64,000 bases of DNA from a virus: the IMG/VR virus record IMGVR_UViG_3300027809_000002; one strand, given 5' to 3'. The notes below the pieces were generated by a model. It was not told where the DNA came from, searched no databases, and saw only the letters and a list, made by a program, of their open reading frames with translations. This document shows, in pieces, positions 52,318-61,618 of this stretch; positions within the stretch are counted from its first letter, which is position 1; each line of letters begins with the position of its first letter. Both the position numbers and the translations under genes were made by a program.

Positions 52318-52746
52318 TCACCATTCGGTTACGTTTAACCAAGCTGGTGTTTGTTCTTTAACCTTGTCCTTATTGTAATTGGTATTTCCGTAATTTACAA
52401 CCGTTTCAGCGGAAATATTTTCATTTTTATTTAAGTTATGTTGCTCTTGTCGTCTTCTAACCTTCCAATATTCGATTGATTTAGGCAAACAATCAAAGCC
52501 TAAACTTGCCATTACGCGTATCTTCCATCCCATCATAGCGCAATATTCTATCGTATCCATTATAATTTCTTCAACAGTTAAATCGGTTTCAACATTATTT
52601 TCTTCGATATACTTCTTTACATCTTTCTTCAAAGTTCTTGATAAGTAAATACCCATCATTCTCTTTTCAGGTTGAGTAAATGGCTTATCACCTTCAAACT
52701 TTTGAATAAATAAATCAGTTATATCACGATTCTTAATTTTCACCAT
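52318..52746 (-). CDS. hypothetical protein
   Basis: Strong AAAGGAGGAAAAG RBS before the internal Met. The ORF-track start is 52821. Confidence 0.5.
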   Translation of the reverse strand: MVKIKNRDITDLFIQKFEGDKPFTQPEKRMMGIYLSRTLKKDVKKYIEENNVETDLTVEEIIMDTIEYCAMMGWKIRVMASLGFDCLPKSIEYWKVRRRQEQHNLNKNENISAETVVNYGNTNYNKDKVKEQTPAWLNVTEW

Positions 52747-52787
52747 TTGCTTTTCCTCCTTTGATCCCTTACCATAGAATAGGCTTT

Positions 52788-52991
52788 TTATTTCTTCAGC
52801 ATAGCTCCACTTGTAAGCCACGCTCTGAAAGATGACCTGAATACAGTTTTAACTTCATCGCTATTTTTAGTTTTATAATACATACAAACATCATCAAATT
52901 TAACTATAGTTCTTTCGCGATTACCTTTGACCCACGTTTGACCTACAGCTAAAACACCTCTAAATCTAGTTCCGTCAGTATATGTTATCAT
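52788..52991 (-). CDS. hypothetical protein
   Basis: AAAGGGGGA RBS. Confidence 0.5.
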   Translation of the reverse strand: MITYTDGTRFRGVLAVGQTWVKGNRERTIVKFDDVCMYYKTKNSDEVKTVFRSSFRAWLTSGAMLKK

Positions 52992-53006
52992 TATAAATCC
53001 CCCTTT

Positions 53007-53189
53007 TTATTTCTGCTTGTTGTCAAATAACACAAGTCCGATATACCATCCGAGCATTATTAACACAATACCAGCTACGATATATAAAATTAAATCATAT
53101 AAGCAAATTAAAACAACCAAGAACAACACTATAAATATAAACATCAATCCTGCTATTGTGAATTTAACATGTTCCATCATACGTTTCAC
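53007..53189 (-). CDS. small membrane protein
   Basis: AAAGGGGTGA RBS. Two TM segments. Confidence 0.5.
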   Translation of the reverse strand: MKRMMEHVKFTIAGLMFIFIVLFLVVLICLYDLILYIVAGIVLIMLGWYIGLVLFDNKQK

Positions 53190-53236
53190 CCCTTTTTAGG
53201 CAAAATTAAAGAAGGGTAGGTCAATACCCCTCTTAT

Positions 53237-53416
53237 TTATTTTTTAACCTGAATCTGACCGTATATAGCGATTAAAATACCAACTGTAGCTAAATCGTAA
53301 TTACCTTGGAAAACCGATATGCAAGACATTAACATCATTATTAATGATAACAACTCGACTAGTGGCGAATAAATTTTACCCCAATGTTTCTTTTTCCATT
53401 CGATTAACTTTTTCAT
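53237..53416 (-). CDS. 59-aa membrane protein (below the ORF-track cutoff)
   Basis: AGGGGGGAAG RBS. Two hydrophobic segments. Confidence 0.45.
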   Translation of the reverse strand: MKKLIEWKKKHWGKIYSPLVELLSLIMMLMSCISVFQGNYDLATVGILIAIYGQIQVKK

Positions 53417-53428
53417 ATTACTTCCCCC

Positions 53429-54091
53429 CTATTCTAATTCATCTGCATCATTAGCCAAACGGCCTCTAAAATTCCAATTTAGTTCGCAAACACTAGCGTA
53501 TTCCTTTTGACCTAAGTGTTTGATATAAGGCTCAAATCCGCTTAATTCAGGTACTTTAAGATCATTCTGTCCAGTGTGACCTTCAACAATTACTTTGCAA
53601 CTATCATGAATTCGAGTTAATACTTTTTTAAGTTCTTTCTTAGTGAAGTTTTGGGCTTCGCTAATGATAACTACACTGTTTTTGATGTTAGTACCACGAG
53701 CGAAAATATGAGATTTAGGATAAACCCATACATTACCGTTCTTTTCGTTCATGACATTAGCTTCTCCTGAAATGACTCTTTCGGGATTCTCGCCAATTTC
53801 TTCTAAAGCATCTTTTAATGGAACTAAATAAGAATGTTCTTTTTCTTCTTGAGTTCCTGGTCTGAATCCCATTTTATCCTCTTCTACAGGAGCGAAAATA
53901 TAAACTAATGGAGCTTCAAGTAATTTAGCACAAGCTACAGCTAATGTCGTTTTACCTGTTCCTGACCTAGAATTAACGAAAGTAAGTTGTTTAGTTAAAA
54001 TTGAATGCACATAATCTTTTTGTTCATTAGTTAATTTATCTGCAAATCCGAATAACATACTATCTTTAGGTAGTCCATGTAGTTCTTTCAT
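53429..54091 (-). CDS. phoH: PhoH-like ATPase
   Basis: NSRSGTGKTTLAV Walker A, and IISEAQN plus GHTGQNDL, which are characteristic of PhoH. Confidence 0.75.
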   Translation of the reverse strand: MKELHGLPKDSMLFGFADKLTNEQKDYVHSILTKQLTFVNSRSGTGKTTLAVACAKLLEAPLVYIFAPVEEDKMGFRPGTQEEKEHSYLVPLKDALEEIGENPERVISGEANVMNEKNGNVWVYPKSHIFARGTNIKNSVVIISEAQNFTKKELKKVLTRIHDSCKVIVEGHTGQNDLKVPELSGFEPYIKHLGQKEYASVCELNWNFRGRLANDADELE

Positions 54092-54110
54092 ATTTATCTC
54101 TCCTTAGTTT

Positions 54111-54422
54111 TTAGATGATTTTTTCAATCGCATATGGATCAATTGCAAATCCTGAATCCTGTACTAATTCAGATACTCTACCCATCGTTATACCTAATTC
54201 TCTACCGATTGTACTGAATTTAACGCCACGAACATATCTATCAAGAAGGACTTCTTTAAACTCTTGTGAGTAAACGTGTTTCGCTCCTTCTTTCTTTTGT
54301 TGTTCTAACTTGTATTTCTTTAATCCTGATTTAACTTCAGCGATACCACACCCTAATTTGGATGCGATATCGTCTAATTTCAACCCTTCGGAATATAAAT
54401 CGATTAATTTGTTTTTATACAT
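54111..54422 (-). CDS. small DNA-binding protein with two HTH motifs
   Basis: LDDIASKLGCGIAEVKSGL and FSTIGRELGITMGRVSELV. Confidence 0.5.
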   Translation of the reverse strand: MYKNKLIDLYSEGLKLDDIASKLGCGIAEVKSGLKKYKLEQQKKEGAKHVYSQEFKEVLLDRYVRGVKFSTIGRELGITMGRVSELVQDSGFAIDPYAIEKII

Positions 54423-54427
54423 TTAAA

Positions 54428-55417
54428 TCACCCCTCTTGATTTGTTTGTTGTAATGCATTGTCACGATATAAACGAACTTGATTTAAAATATGTGGAGCT
54501 TGTTCAGCTGTTAAATTGTATGGATTAGTAACTTGTCCATTAGTTAAATGTGATAAAAATTGCATAGCTGTCTCATTTGACATTTGAAGTTGTTGAGTAA
54601 TAATAGCAACAATTTCATCAACTTGATTACTTAAAGCTGCATCTGTTTTAATTACGTTTTGTTGTTCAGGTTTGGCTTCAACGAAACCTTTATCTTTTCT
54701 AGCGTGTTCAAGGACAACTTTTAATAATGTTGAATTATCAAATTTGTCAATTACAGCTGGGATAAGTTGGTTCTTATCTTTATCTAAAACGTCAGAACGT
54801 ACACGCTCACATTTGTGATTTTGGCCTGTTTTCTTTAGCATCAAATGAACATCTACTTCATACGGCAAACGTTTTTCTGTATCAGGAACTAAAGGAGTAT
54901 TAGGATCAATTTTCATCATTGTTCCTTTTAAGTAATTATCTTTTGTATGAGCTGTAATGATTAAATGAGCATCAAGACGTTTTAAGTTATTGATAATTTC
55001 GTAGAAGATATCTTTTGGCATATCATTCTCGTTAAACTCTAATTTAAACTTATCTGGATTACCTGATTTCTCTTTCATGTACTCTAATGAATATTTCTTA
55101 ACTCGTTGCCATAACACTGTGCCTGAATCGATAACGATTGTTCTATAGTGCGAAACTCCTGTTTGTTGTTGAGCGAACAATAACTGTTTTGTTAAATTAA
55201 GTATAGCCATTGGATCATCATTATCAAAGATATCAAAGTCAGCGACATGTGAATACATTTCTGATTTCTTTTCAGGATCAATTACTAATGTTGGTGTTTC
55301 AGCTCCAAAGATAGCTACTGTTGATTTTCCTGAACCGTCATGACCTGATAATAATATCGTTACAAATAACTCCTTCATACCAGCTTTACGTATTCCTAAT
55401 TGTTCCATTGGGTTCAT
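54428..55417 (-). CDS. AAA/RecA-like ATPase (AAA_24 / Sak4-like class)
   Basis: Walker A GHDGSGKST, Walker B TIVIDSGT. Lies next to the SSB-like gene. Confidence 0.5.
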   Translation of the reverse strand: MNPMEQLGIRKAGMKELFVTILLSGHDGSGKSTVAIFGAETPTLVIDPEKKSEMYSHVADFDIFDNDDPMAILNLTKQLLFAQQQTGVSHYRTIVIDSGTVLWQRVKKYSLEYMKEKSGNPDKFKLEFNENDMPKDIFYEIINNLKRLDAHLIITAHTKDNYLKGTMMKIDPNTPLVPDTEKRLPYEVDVHLMLKKTGQNHKCERVRSDVLDKDKNQLIPAVIDKFDNSTLLKVVLEHARKDKGFVEAKPEQQNVIKTDAALSNQVDEIVAIITQQLQMSNETAMQFLSHLTNGQVTNPYNLTAEQAPHILNQVRLYRDNALQQTNQEG

Positions 55418-55499
55418 GCTACATAACCTCTTTCAAATTTTATTTTTAAGGGGCTTGTCATAAATTGACTCACCCCTGCATATTATAAATTAAAGTTAA

Positions 55500-56648
55500 T
55501 TATTGTTGAAAAGGATTGCCGCCTTGTTGACCACCGAAGAAGTTTTGAGCTTGATTACCAAACTGTCCTTGTGGTTGTTGGTTAAATCCTTGTTCAAATG
55601 GCGCTGTTTGAGAAGTATCAACATCGTTGAAATTAGGTTGTCCACCAAAATTACCTTGCTGTTGTACTTGTTGCTGTTGGCCTGTAAATGGATTTTGCTG
55701 CATTTGCTGTTGACCCATTTGTTGTTGACCTTGATTACCAGCATCAGGATGTCCACCGAAAGGATTTTGTCCTTGTGGTTGATTCATTGGCTGCTGATTA
55801 GTCTGTTGTTGTTGTCCAAATGGATTACCTTGTGGTTGATTAAAGCCACCTTGCATTTGATTATTTACATTGTTGAAACCGCCTTGTTGCTGTTGTTGGC
55901 CGAATGGTTGACCTTGAGGTTGTCCGCCGAAACCTTGTTGTTGTTGACCAGCGTTAGGTGATGGAGCTTGTACATTAATACGTCCAGCTTCAACACGTTC
56001 GATTTTATTGTTCGGATCACCTACAGGCATTCCAAAATCATCATAAGTAATATCTGCTTTATTGTAGTAGTAGTAACCAATTTCAGCGTTTGCACCTTCT
56101 CCTAATCCAGCTGCTAAAGCTCCTTGGATAACTTGTGGATCATGAACTTCTACTTTAATTACTGCTGGATCATAAGGTTGTCCAGTCTTTTTATTGATTG
56201 CTAGTTTTTTATCTTTATCTAAGTTATAAGAAACAACAACGAATTTAAGTACATTACCTAAGTTTTGGAAGTTAACAATTTCTCCACCGATACGACCAGC
56301 GAATTTATGTGCCATTGGTTTACCTTCTTGGTCAACGGCTTCTTCAACATCTACAAATGAAGTTACGTTTGTGTAAGTAACACCACTTTGTTCAGCTGTA
56401 AATTGTTCAAGTTTAGCTAAGTTAACGCGGATACTTGGTTTGTCATTTACCGAGAAGTTATCTAAAACACGATTACCGATGTCTAATGGAAGTCTAACGT
56501 TGATTGAACCAAAGCCTTTAGCGAACACTAGTAATTCTTTTCCGTAAACTTCACCAGTATCTTTTTTAGCGCGATCCTGAACGTAAGTTAATTGTCCAGT
56601 TACGATACCCATGTTAATGTACTTGAAATTCGGTTTATAATTTGTCAT
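55500..56648 (-). CDS. putative ssDNA-binding protein with a 150-aa Q/G/N/P-rich C-terminal low-complexity tail
   Basis: Assigned from its position in the replication module. The tail resembles an expanded E. coli SSB linker (GGQPQGQPFGQQQQ...). No acidic tip. The N-terminal fold was not verified. Confidence 0.35.
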   Translation of the reverse strand: MTNYKPNFKYINMGIVTGQLTYVQDRAKKDTGEVYGKELLVFAKGFGSINVRLPLDIGNRVLDNFSVNDKPSIRVNLAKLEQFTAEQSGVTYTNVTSFVDVEEAVDQEGKPMAHKFAGRIGGEIVNFQNLGNVLKFVVVSYNLDKDKKLAINKKTGQPYDPAVIKVEVHDPQVIQGALAAGLGEGANAEIGYYYYNKADITYDDFGMPVGDPNNKIERVEAGRINVQAPSPNAGQQQQGFGGQPQGQPFGQQQQQGGFNNVNNQMQGGFNQPQGNPFGQQQQTNQQPMNQPQGQNPFGGHPDAGNQGQQQMGQQQMQQNPFTGQQQQVQQQGNFGGQPNFNDVDTSQTAPFEQGFNQQPQGQFGNQAQNFFGGQQGGNPFQQ

Positions 56649-56703
56649 TTAAAATTACCTCACTTTTTGAATTTGTTTTGTTGTATTGCTGTTTACATTT
56701 ATT

Positions 56704-56732
56704 ATTCTATTAAACTTTAACTTTTAAGTCAA
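56704..56732 (-). promoter_or_regulatory. sigma-A-like promoter (leftward) with an AAAGTTAAAGTTT spacer
   Basis: On the minus strand: TTGACT, 17 nt spacer, TAGAAT. Confidence 0.65.
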
Positions 56733-56879
56733 TTACTTTTTGAAAACTTTTTTAACTTTTTTAGAGTTATGTTCTAAACACTTGCTGTAACCGTAGCGGA
56801 AGCCATCGGAATAACCGATATAGCAACCACTACCGAAACAAGCTACACATAATAAAAACGTTACAACCATTTGAATCAT
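56733..56879 (-). CDS. 48-aa membrane peptide
   Basis: TAATG coupling to the nrdF stop. Confidence 0.4.
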   Translation of the reverse strand: MIQMVVTFLLCVACFGSGCYIGYSDGFRYGYSKCLEHNSKKVKKVFKK

Positions 56880-57865
56880 TAACGCTCAACTCCTGCAAAA
56901 TTCCAATCTGATTTACGCATACGTTCAACTGTAGGTTTAACATAAGAAGCGCCTTTCATGCTGAAGAAATCATGATTTTCTGCTTCTGTACTTAATGCGT
57001 TCAATACAATAGGATCAATGTCTACATGTTCGAAAATTGGTTCTTTACCAAGATTCATACATACTTTGTTCGTATTGTAACGTAAGAACTGTTTAACTTT
57101 ATGAGTTAAGCCTAAATCAGCATAAAGTTCTTGGATATAACGCAATTCATTTTCATACAGGTCATACACTAATCCTTTAAACTCTTCATCGGCAATTAAA
57201 CGCTCTTGTTCGGAAAGGGATGCATAAATTTCTTGAGCTACCAGTCCTGTATAGATACCGTGAATGTTTTCATCTATCATGATTTTTTTAATAATTTCAC
57301 CACTTGCTTTCATCATGCCCTGACCGGATAGATAGAGTGGGAAGAAGAATCCTGTATAGAATAACTTACCTTCTAAAAGACAAGATGCGGCCATTGCTAA
57401 ATATAAACTTAGAGAATCGTTAACTCCTTTGTAATATTTCATAATACGATTCATCTTGTATTGTTGAGTTGGATGTTCTTCAACCCATTTTTCAAGCTGC
57501 TTAATCCGTGGAGCTGTAGCCAATGCTGAGAAAATACGACTGTACGATTTAGCGTGAATAACGATTTCTTCCATTTCGATGAATTTGAATACAGTTAACT
57601 TTTGTGGACTTGTAATATGACGTAACCAGTTGTCGATACCATGATTACCACCTTGGAAGAAATCAAGTCCAGTTAATCCGGCCAACACTTTTAAATACGT
57701 ATCCTGTTGTGTTGCACTCAATTGTTCCCATTTCTCTTTATCGTTAGAAGGAGCAAATTCATCTTCAAACCATAATAATTTCTTTAATTGATTTAACATA
57801 AATTCCGAATAATTATCTTCAGGTTCGTTCCAATTTACTATACCGTGTATCACTTCATTTGTCAT
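56879..57865 (-). CDS. nrdF: ribonucleotide reductase class Ib beta subunit
   Basis: AGGAGGA RBS. Di-iron ligand pattern (E..H motifs). Adjacent to nrdE and nrdI. Confidence 0.85.
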   Translation of the reverse strand: MTNEVIHGIVNWNEPEDNYSEFMLNQLKKLLWFEDEFAPSNDKEKWEQLSATQQDTYLKVLAGLTGLDFFQGGNHGIDNWLRHITSPQKLTVFKFIEMEEIVIHAKSYSRIFSALATAPRIKQLEKWVEEHPTQQYKMNRIMKYYKGVNDSLSLYLAMAASCLLEGKLFYTGFFFPLYLSGQGMMKASGEIIKKIMIDENIHGIYTGLVAQEIYASLSEQERLIADEEFKGLVYDLYENELRYIQELYADLGLTHKVKQFLRYNTNKVCMNLGKEPIFEHVDIDPIVLNALSTEAENHDFFSMKGASYVKPTVERMRKSDWNFAGVER

Positions 57866-58382
57866 ATTTAATCCTCCTAAAACTTTCAACTTCTATTTTT
57901 GACATATAAGAAACTTCATTTAACCTAGCGTGATTTCCATGATATTGTTTAGCTGCATGATTATAAGCGTTAGCTGCTGCTATTTCATCACTGAAAGTAC
58001 CTATAAAAATAGGTTTCTTATCAACTTGAATCCTTACATCATAGGAGTTAAACTTCTTTCGAAATCTAACTCCCTTATATTCGGATGTGTTATCTTTTCT
58101 TTTTAATTTACTTCTGTTTGACATGTTTTGTGAATGAGTAACTCTTCTTAAATTCTTTTTTACATTATTAAAAGGGTTCATATCTTCATGGTCAATTTCT
58201 ACATTAGGATCATATTCATCCATTATTACTCTATGCATCTTTCTTAATTTACCGTCAATAATAGCAACAGGATAACCGCGAACTTCTTCGTGCCAATTAA
58301 AGTTAGATAAATAACCATAATCTTCAACATCAACAGTTGCTATATTATCAGAATTACTCATAGGAATAAACCTGACATTCAT
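57855..58382 (-). CDS. free-standing HNH homing endonuclease with an AP2 domain, between nrdE and nrdF
   Basis: EIDHEDMNPFNN (HNH core), then YKGVRF...YDVRIQV...IGTF...AA.AYN (AP2). Confidence 0.75.
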   Translation of the reverse strand: MNVRFIPMSNSDNIATVDVEDYGYLSNFNWHEEVRGYPVAIIDGKLRKMHRVIMDEYDPNVEIDHEDMNPFNNVKKNLRRVTHSQNMSNRSKLKRKDNTSEYKGVRFRKKFNSYDVRIQVDKKPIFIGTFSDEIAAANAYNHAAKQYHGNHARLNEVSYMSKIEVESFRRIKYDK

Positions 58383-58395
58383 TTCCATATCCCCC

Positions 58396-60483
58396 TTATA
58401 CTGAACAAGCTTCACATTCTGAAACTTGAGTTAACTTAGTGCGAACATAATATAATGTTTTAACTTTCTTCTTATGAGCATACGCATAAATACGTCCTAA
58501 ATGCCTTGTATTAGCTTCTCCTTTGTAGTGAATAGTAAAGGATATCCCTTGGTCAATATGCTTTTGGATTTCAGCAATAACATCTACAACCTTAAATGGA
58601 TCAATGTCATAAGCTGATTCGTAATATTCTTCAGCTTCATCTAAAAACGGCGCTGGATACTGTACAGTGAACTTATTTGTCGTTCTAGCTTCAATTTTAT
58701 TAACAATAGGTAAAACACCCTGAGTTGCATTTTGAACGTAACTGATGCCACCTGTAGGTGCTGAAGCTAAACGGTACGAGTGATACAAGCCGTGAAGCAT
58801 AACATTCTCTTTTAACTTGTTCCAATCTTCTTGAGTAGGAATGTAGATACCTTCAAATAACTTTTGTACTTTTTTCGTTTTTGGATTATAGTCTTCAGCG
58901 ATATGCGGTTCGAAATATTCACCAGTTATATAAGTTGATTGTGAGAATCCATAGAAAGTTCTTCCTTTTTCTATTGCCATTCTGTTTGATTTAACTAAAG
59001 TATGATAATTAATTGTACTGAAGAATGTACGACAGAAATCGATAGAAGCTTTAGAACCATACGGAATTTTGTTTTTAGCTAAATATCCATGCAAGTTCAT
59101 GAATCCTAAACCAACTGATTTCATAACTTCATTAGCTAATTCGATAGTTGGAACATTTTTTATTTTAGAGAAATCAACAACTGAAGTTAACATTTCCATA
59201 GCTGCATGAACATCACTTTCTAACTTTTTACCTTCCATTACATTTACAATATTCAATGATCCTAAGTTACAACTGATATCTAGTCCTAATTCATCATCTT
59301 CACCGTAATCAGCTTTTGTTGTACGAGAAGAGTATTCAAGGATTTCAGTACACAAATTAGATTTCTTAACTTTACCTAAATATTTTAATGGATGTGCATT
59401 ATTTACATTACCTTCAAACATTACATACGGATATCCTGATTCGAATAACACACGCATAATGTAATCACAAAACATTTCGTTAGCTGACATTTTCTTTTTC
59501 TTAACGTTAGGGTTATTTACAATTTCATCGTACATTTCGTCCCATTCAATTTCATCGATGTCTAATCCGTATTGTTGTTTAACATCATATGGAGAAAACA
59601 TATAGAACTCTTCATCTTCTTCAGCTAATTCTAAGAATTTATCAGGAATAGAAACACCAATTGAAAGTGATTGGATACGTGTCTTTTCATCGGTATTGAT
59701 TTTCTTTGTATCCAAGAAGTCGATAATATCCCAATGGAAGATGTTTAACCATGCAACACCTGAACCTTTACGCGCTCCTAATTGATTAGCGTAAGAGAAT
59801 GAGTCCTCAAGTAATTTCATAACTGGAACAACGCCACTAGCACGGTTAGCAATACCTTTAATAGGATCACCTTTAGCACGTAAAGCAGTTAAGTTTAATG
59901 CTACACCGCCACCTAATTTAGATAGTTCTAATGAGTTAGCAATACGGAATGAAATGTCATTCATGCTATCTCCTACATCTAATAAGAAACATGATACCAT
60001 TTCACCACGAGCGTATTTACCTGCATTTAAGAATGTTGGTGTTGCTGGTTGGTATCGTTGCTGCATCATTTTAGTACAGAAATTTAAAGCTTTAACGTAA
60101 TTACCTTGTCCTAAGAATAAAGCTGTCATTGCAACACGGTCTTCGTAACGTTCTAAATAACGTGTTCCCTCTCTGTTCATAAGAGCATAGTCAGTGAAGA
60201 ATTTCAAAGCGCTCATAAATGAAGGGAAACGGAAATTGAATGAATAAGCATTATTAAATACTGCTTCAACTTGTTCCGGTGTATACTGATCCAACACGTC
60301 TTTATCATAATATTTCTCATTAACCATATAATTAATTTTCTCTTCGAAGTCCAAGAATGAACGAAGATTTTCGTTAATGTATTCCATGAAATAACTTCTT
60401 ACTGCTTCTTTATCTTTGCTTAATTGGTATTTACCATCAACTTTAGTTGTTACTTCGTTGTTAAGTTCAACCCATCTTGACAT
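58396..60483 (-). CDS. nrdE: ribonucleotide reductase class Ib alpha subunit
   Basis: 695 aa. NLCTEI active-site motif. C-terminal redox pair CEAC. Confidence 0.9.
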   Translation of the reverse strand: MSRWVELNNEVTTKVDGKYQLSKDKEAVRSYFMEYINENLRSFLDFEEKINYMVNEKYYDKDVLDQYTPEQVEAVFNNAYSFNFRFPSFMSALKFFTDYALMNREGTRYLERYEDRVAMTALFLGQGNYVKALNFCTKMMQQRYQPATPTFLNAGKYARGEMVSCFLLDVGDSMNDISFRIANSLELSKLGGGVALNLTALRAKGDPIKGIANRASGVVPVMKLLEDSFSYANQLGARKGSGVAWLNIFHWDIIDFLDTKKINTDEKTRIQSLSIGVSIPDKFLELAEEDEEFYMFSPYDVKQQYGLDIDEIEWDEMYDEIVNNPNVKKKKMSANEMFCDYIMRVLFESGYPYVMFEGNVNNAHPLKYLGKVKKSNLCTEILEYSSRTTKADYGEDDELGLDISCNLGSLNIVNVMEGKKLESDVHAAMEMLTSVVDFSKIKNVPTIELANEVMKSVGLGFMNLHGYLAKNKIPYGSKASIDFCRTFFSTINYHTLVKSNRMAIEKGRTFYGFSQSTYITGEYFEPHIAEDYNPKTKKVQKLFEGIYIPTQEDWNKLKENVMLHGLYHSYRLASAPTGGISYVQNATQGVLPIVNKIEARTTNKFTVQYPAPFLDEAEEYYESAYDIDPFKVVDVIAEIQKHIDQGISFTIHYKGEANTRHLGRIYAYAHKKKVKTLYYVRTKLTQVSECEACSV

Positions 60484-60827
60484 TTGTTTACCTCCTTGAC
60501 AACCGTATCTACATCATGATTGTCTCCACTTAATTCAAATTTGTATAAAACAGGTACATTATATTCAGCGGAAATTATATCAGCCGCCGCACAAAATCTT
60601 TTTCCCCATACGCGATTACCTGAGCCTATCACCCCTTTCAAATGTTCACCGTTAACTTCTAAAAAGTTAAGGCTTGTATCAGGACATTGACCTATACCTG
60701 TAGTGAAAGTTATTAAAATAAAAGGTTCATCCAGCCTATCAACCTCTTTAACTGAAAAACAAGGGAATGGAAGCTTCTTTACAAAGCGTTCAACATTCCC
60801 TGTTTTACTATCATATATAACTTTCAT
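60450..60827 (-). CDS. nrdI: NrdI flavodoxin-like protein
   Basis: VIYDSKTGNVERFV ... GSGNRVWG pattern. Lies upstream of nrdE. Confidence 0.8.
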   Translation of the reverse strand: MKVIYDSKTGNVERFVKKLPFPCFSVKEVDRLDEPFILITFTTGIGQCPDTSLNFLEVNGEHLKGVIGSGNRVWGKRFCAAADIISAEYNVPVLYKFELSGDNHDVDTVVKEVNKCQDGLNLTTK

Positions 60828-61189
60828 TATTTAACGGTTAAAGTTTCTGAAACAGACTCAAGAAGGTGGATTTTAGCTTCAGCTGGAATGATCCCTAGAT
60901 TAATATAATCTTGAATCTTTTTGACATCAATTTCATCCTTCTTGCACATATCTAACTTTCCAATATTAAGAAGATACTGTTGCATTGAATCAGCCGCTTT
61001 AACTGAAGTTTTATGAGAACGAGTTACGTTACCAAAACCAGTTTCTAATTTGCCATCCTGACCATTAAACGCTTCTGATATTGCTTTACGCGCTGCTTCT
61101 TTAGCCTTTTTAGCTTCTTTCTCTAATTTAGAGAAGTAAATATATTTTTCTGTATCATTATTGAAGTTTGGTAAATTAATATTAAACAT
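60827..61189 (-). CDS. hypothetical protein
   Basis: ATAATG coupling to nrdI. Confidence 0.5.
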   Translation of the reverse strand: MFNINLPNFNNDTEKYIYFSKLEKEAKKAKEAARKAISEAFNGQDGKLETGFGNVTRSHKTSVKAADSMQQYLLNIGKLDMCKKDEIDVKKIQDYINLGIIPAEAKIHLLESVSETLTVK

Positions 61190-61334
61190 TTTTAAATCCC
61201 CTTTTCATTCGGTTATTGTCGTCCCATTCCATTAGCTTGTTTGCTAATTTCGATACCTTGTCCCAATCCAACAAACCCTTACGATATTTAACATCTAAAC
61301 AATCATAGTAACGATCAATGAATAACAGTTCCAT
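61182..61334 (-). CDS. hypothetical protein (50 aa; shortened from ORF-track 61182..61400)
   Basis: The upstream part of the ORF-track ORF overlaps the better-supported ORF 61336..61512. Confidence 0.35.
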   Translation of the reverse strand: MELLFIDRYYDCLDVKYRKGLLDWDKVSKLANKLMEWDDNNRMKRGFKNV

Positions 61335-61335
61335 A

Positions 61336-61512
61336 TTAATCTTCGTTAATTTTAATTGTGTGATATCCTGAAACAAGATGTTGAACATCTGTATTAACAC
61401 TGTCGATAACCAAAGTTACTGTTGTGATTGGATATTCAACCGCTTCATCTCCGCGACCTTCTTTTTTAATACTTACCTTTGCTTCTTTTACTAACGCTTC
61501 AAATTTAGCCAT
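61336..61512 (-). CDS. hypothetical protein (58 aa, below the ORF-track cutoff)
   Basis: TTGGAGGAA RBS 9 nt upstream. Translated by hand: MAKFEALVKEAKVSIKKEG... Confidence 0.5.
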   Translation of the reverse strand: MAKFEALVKEAKVSIKKEGRGDEAVEYPITTVTLVIDSVNTDVQHLVSGYHTIKINED

Positions 61513-61543
61513 TTTCCCATTCCTCCAATTAATTTATTAGTTT

Positions 61544-61589
61544 ATTAAATTAAAATGCTACCATTCAACTTTTGGAATCGTGGTAGCAT
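61544..61589 (-). terminator. intrinsic terminator (leftward)
   Basis: 9-bp stem ATGCTACCA/TGGTAGCAT. On the minus strand it is followed by TTTTAATTTAAT. Confidence 0.65.
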
Positions 61590-61618
61590 GTATTAATCAT
61601 TAATACTTGTCCACCAAA

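Noticed and set aside
55496-55961. ORFs 55496..55756 (-) and 55503..55961 (+) overlapping the SSB-like gene
   Set aside because: These are alternative-frame and antisense readings of the CAA/CAG/GGT low-complexity repeat. They have no RBS and are nested entirely within the long RBS-supported ORF 55500..56648.
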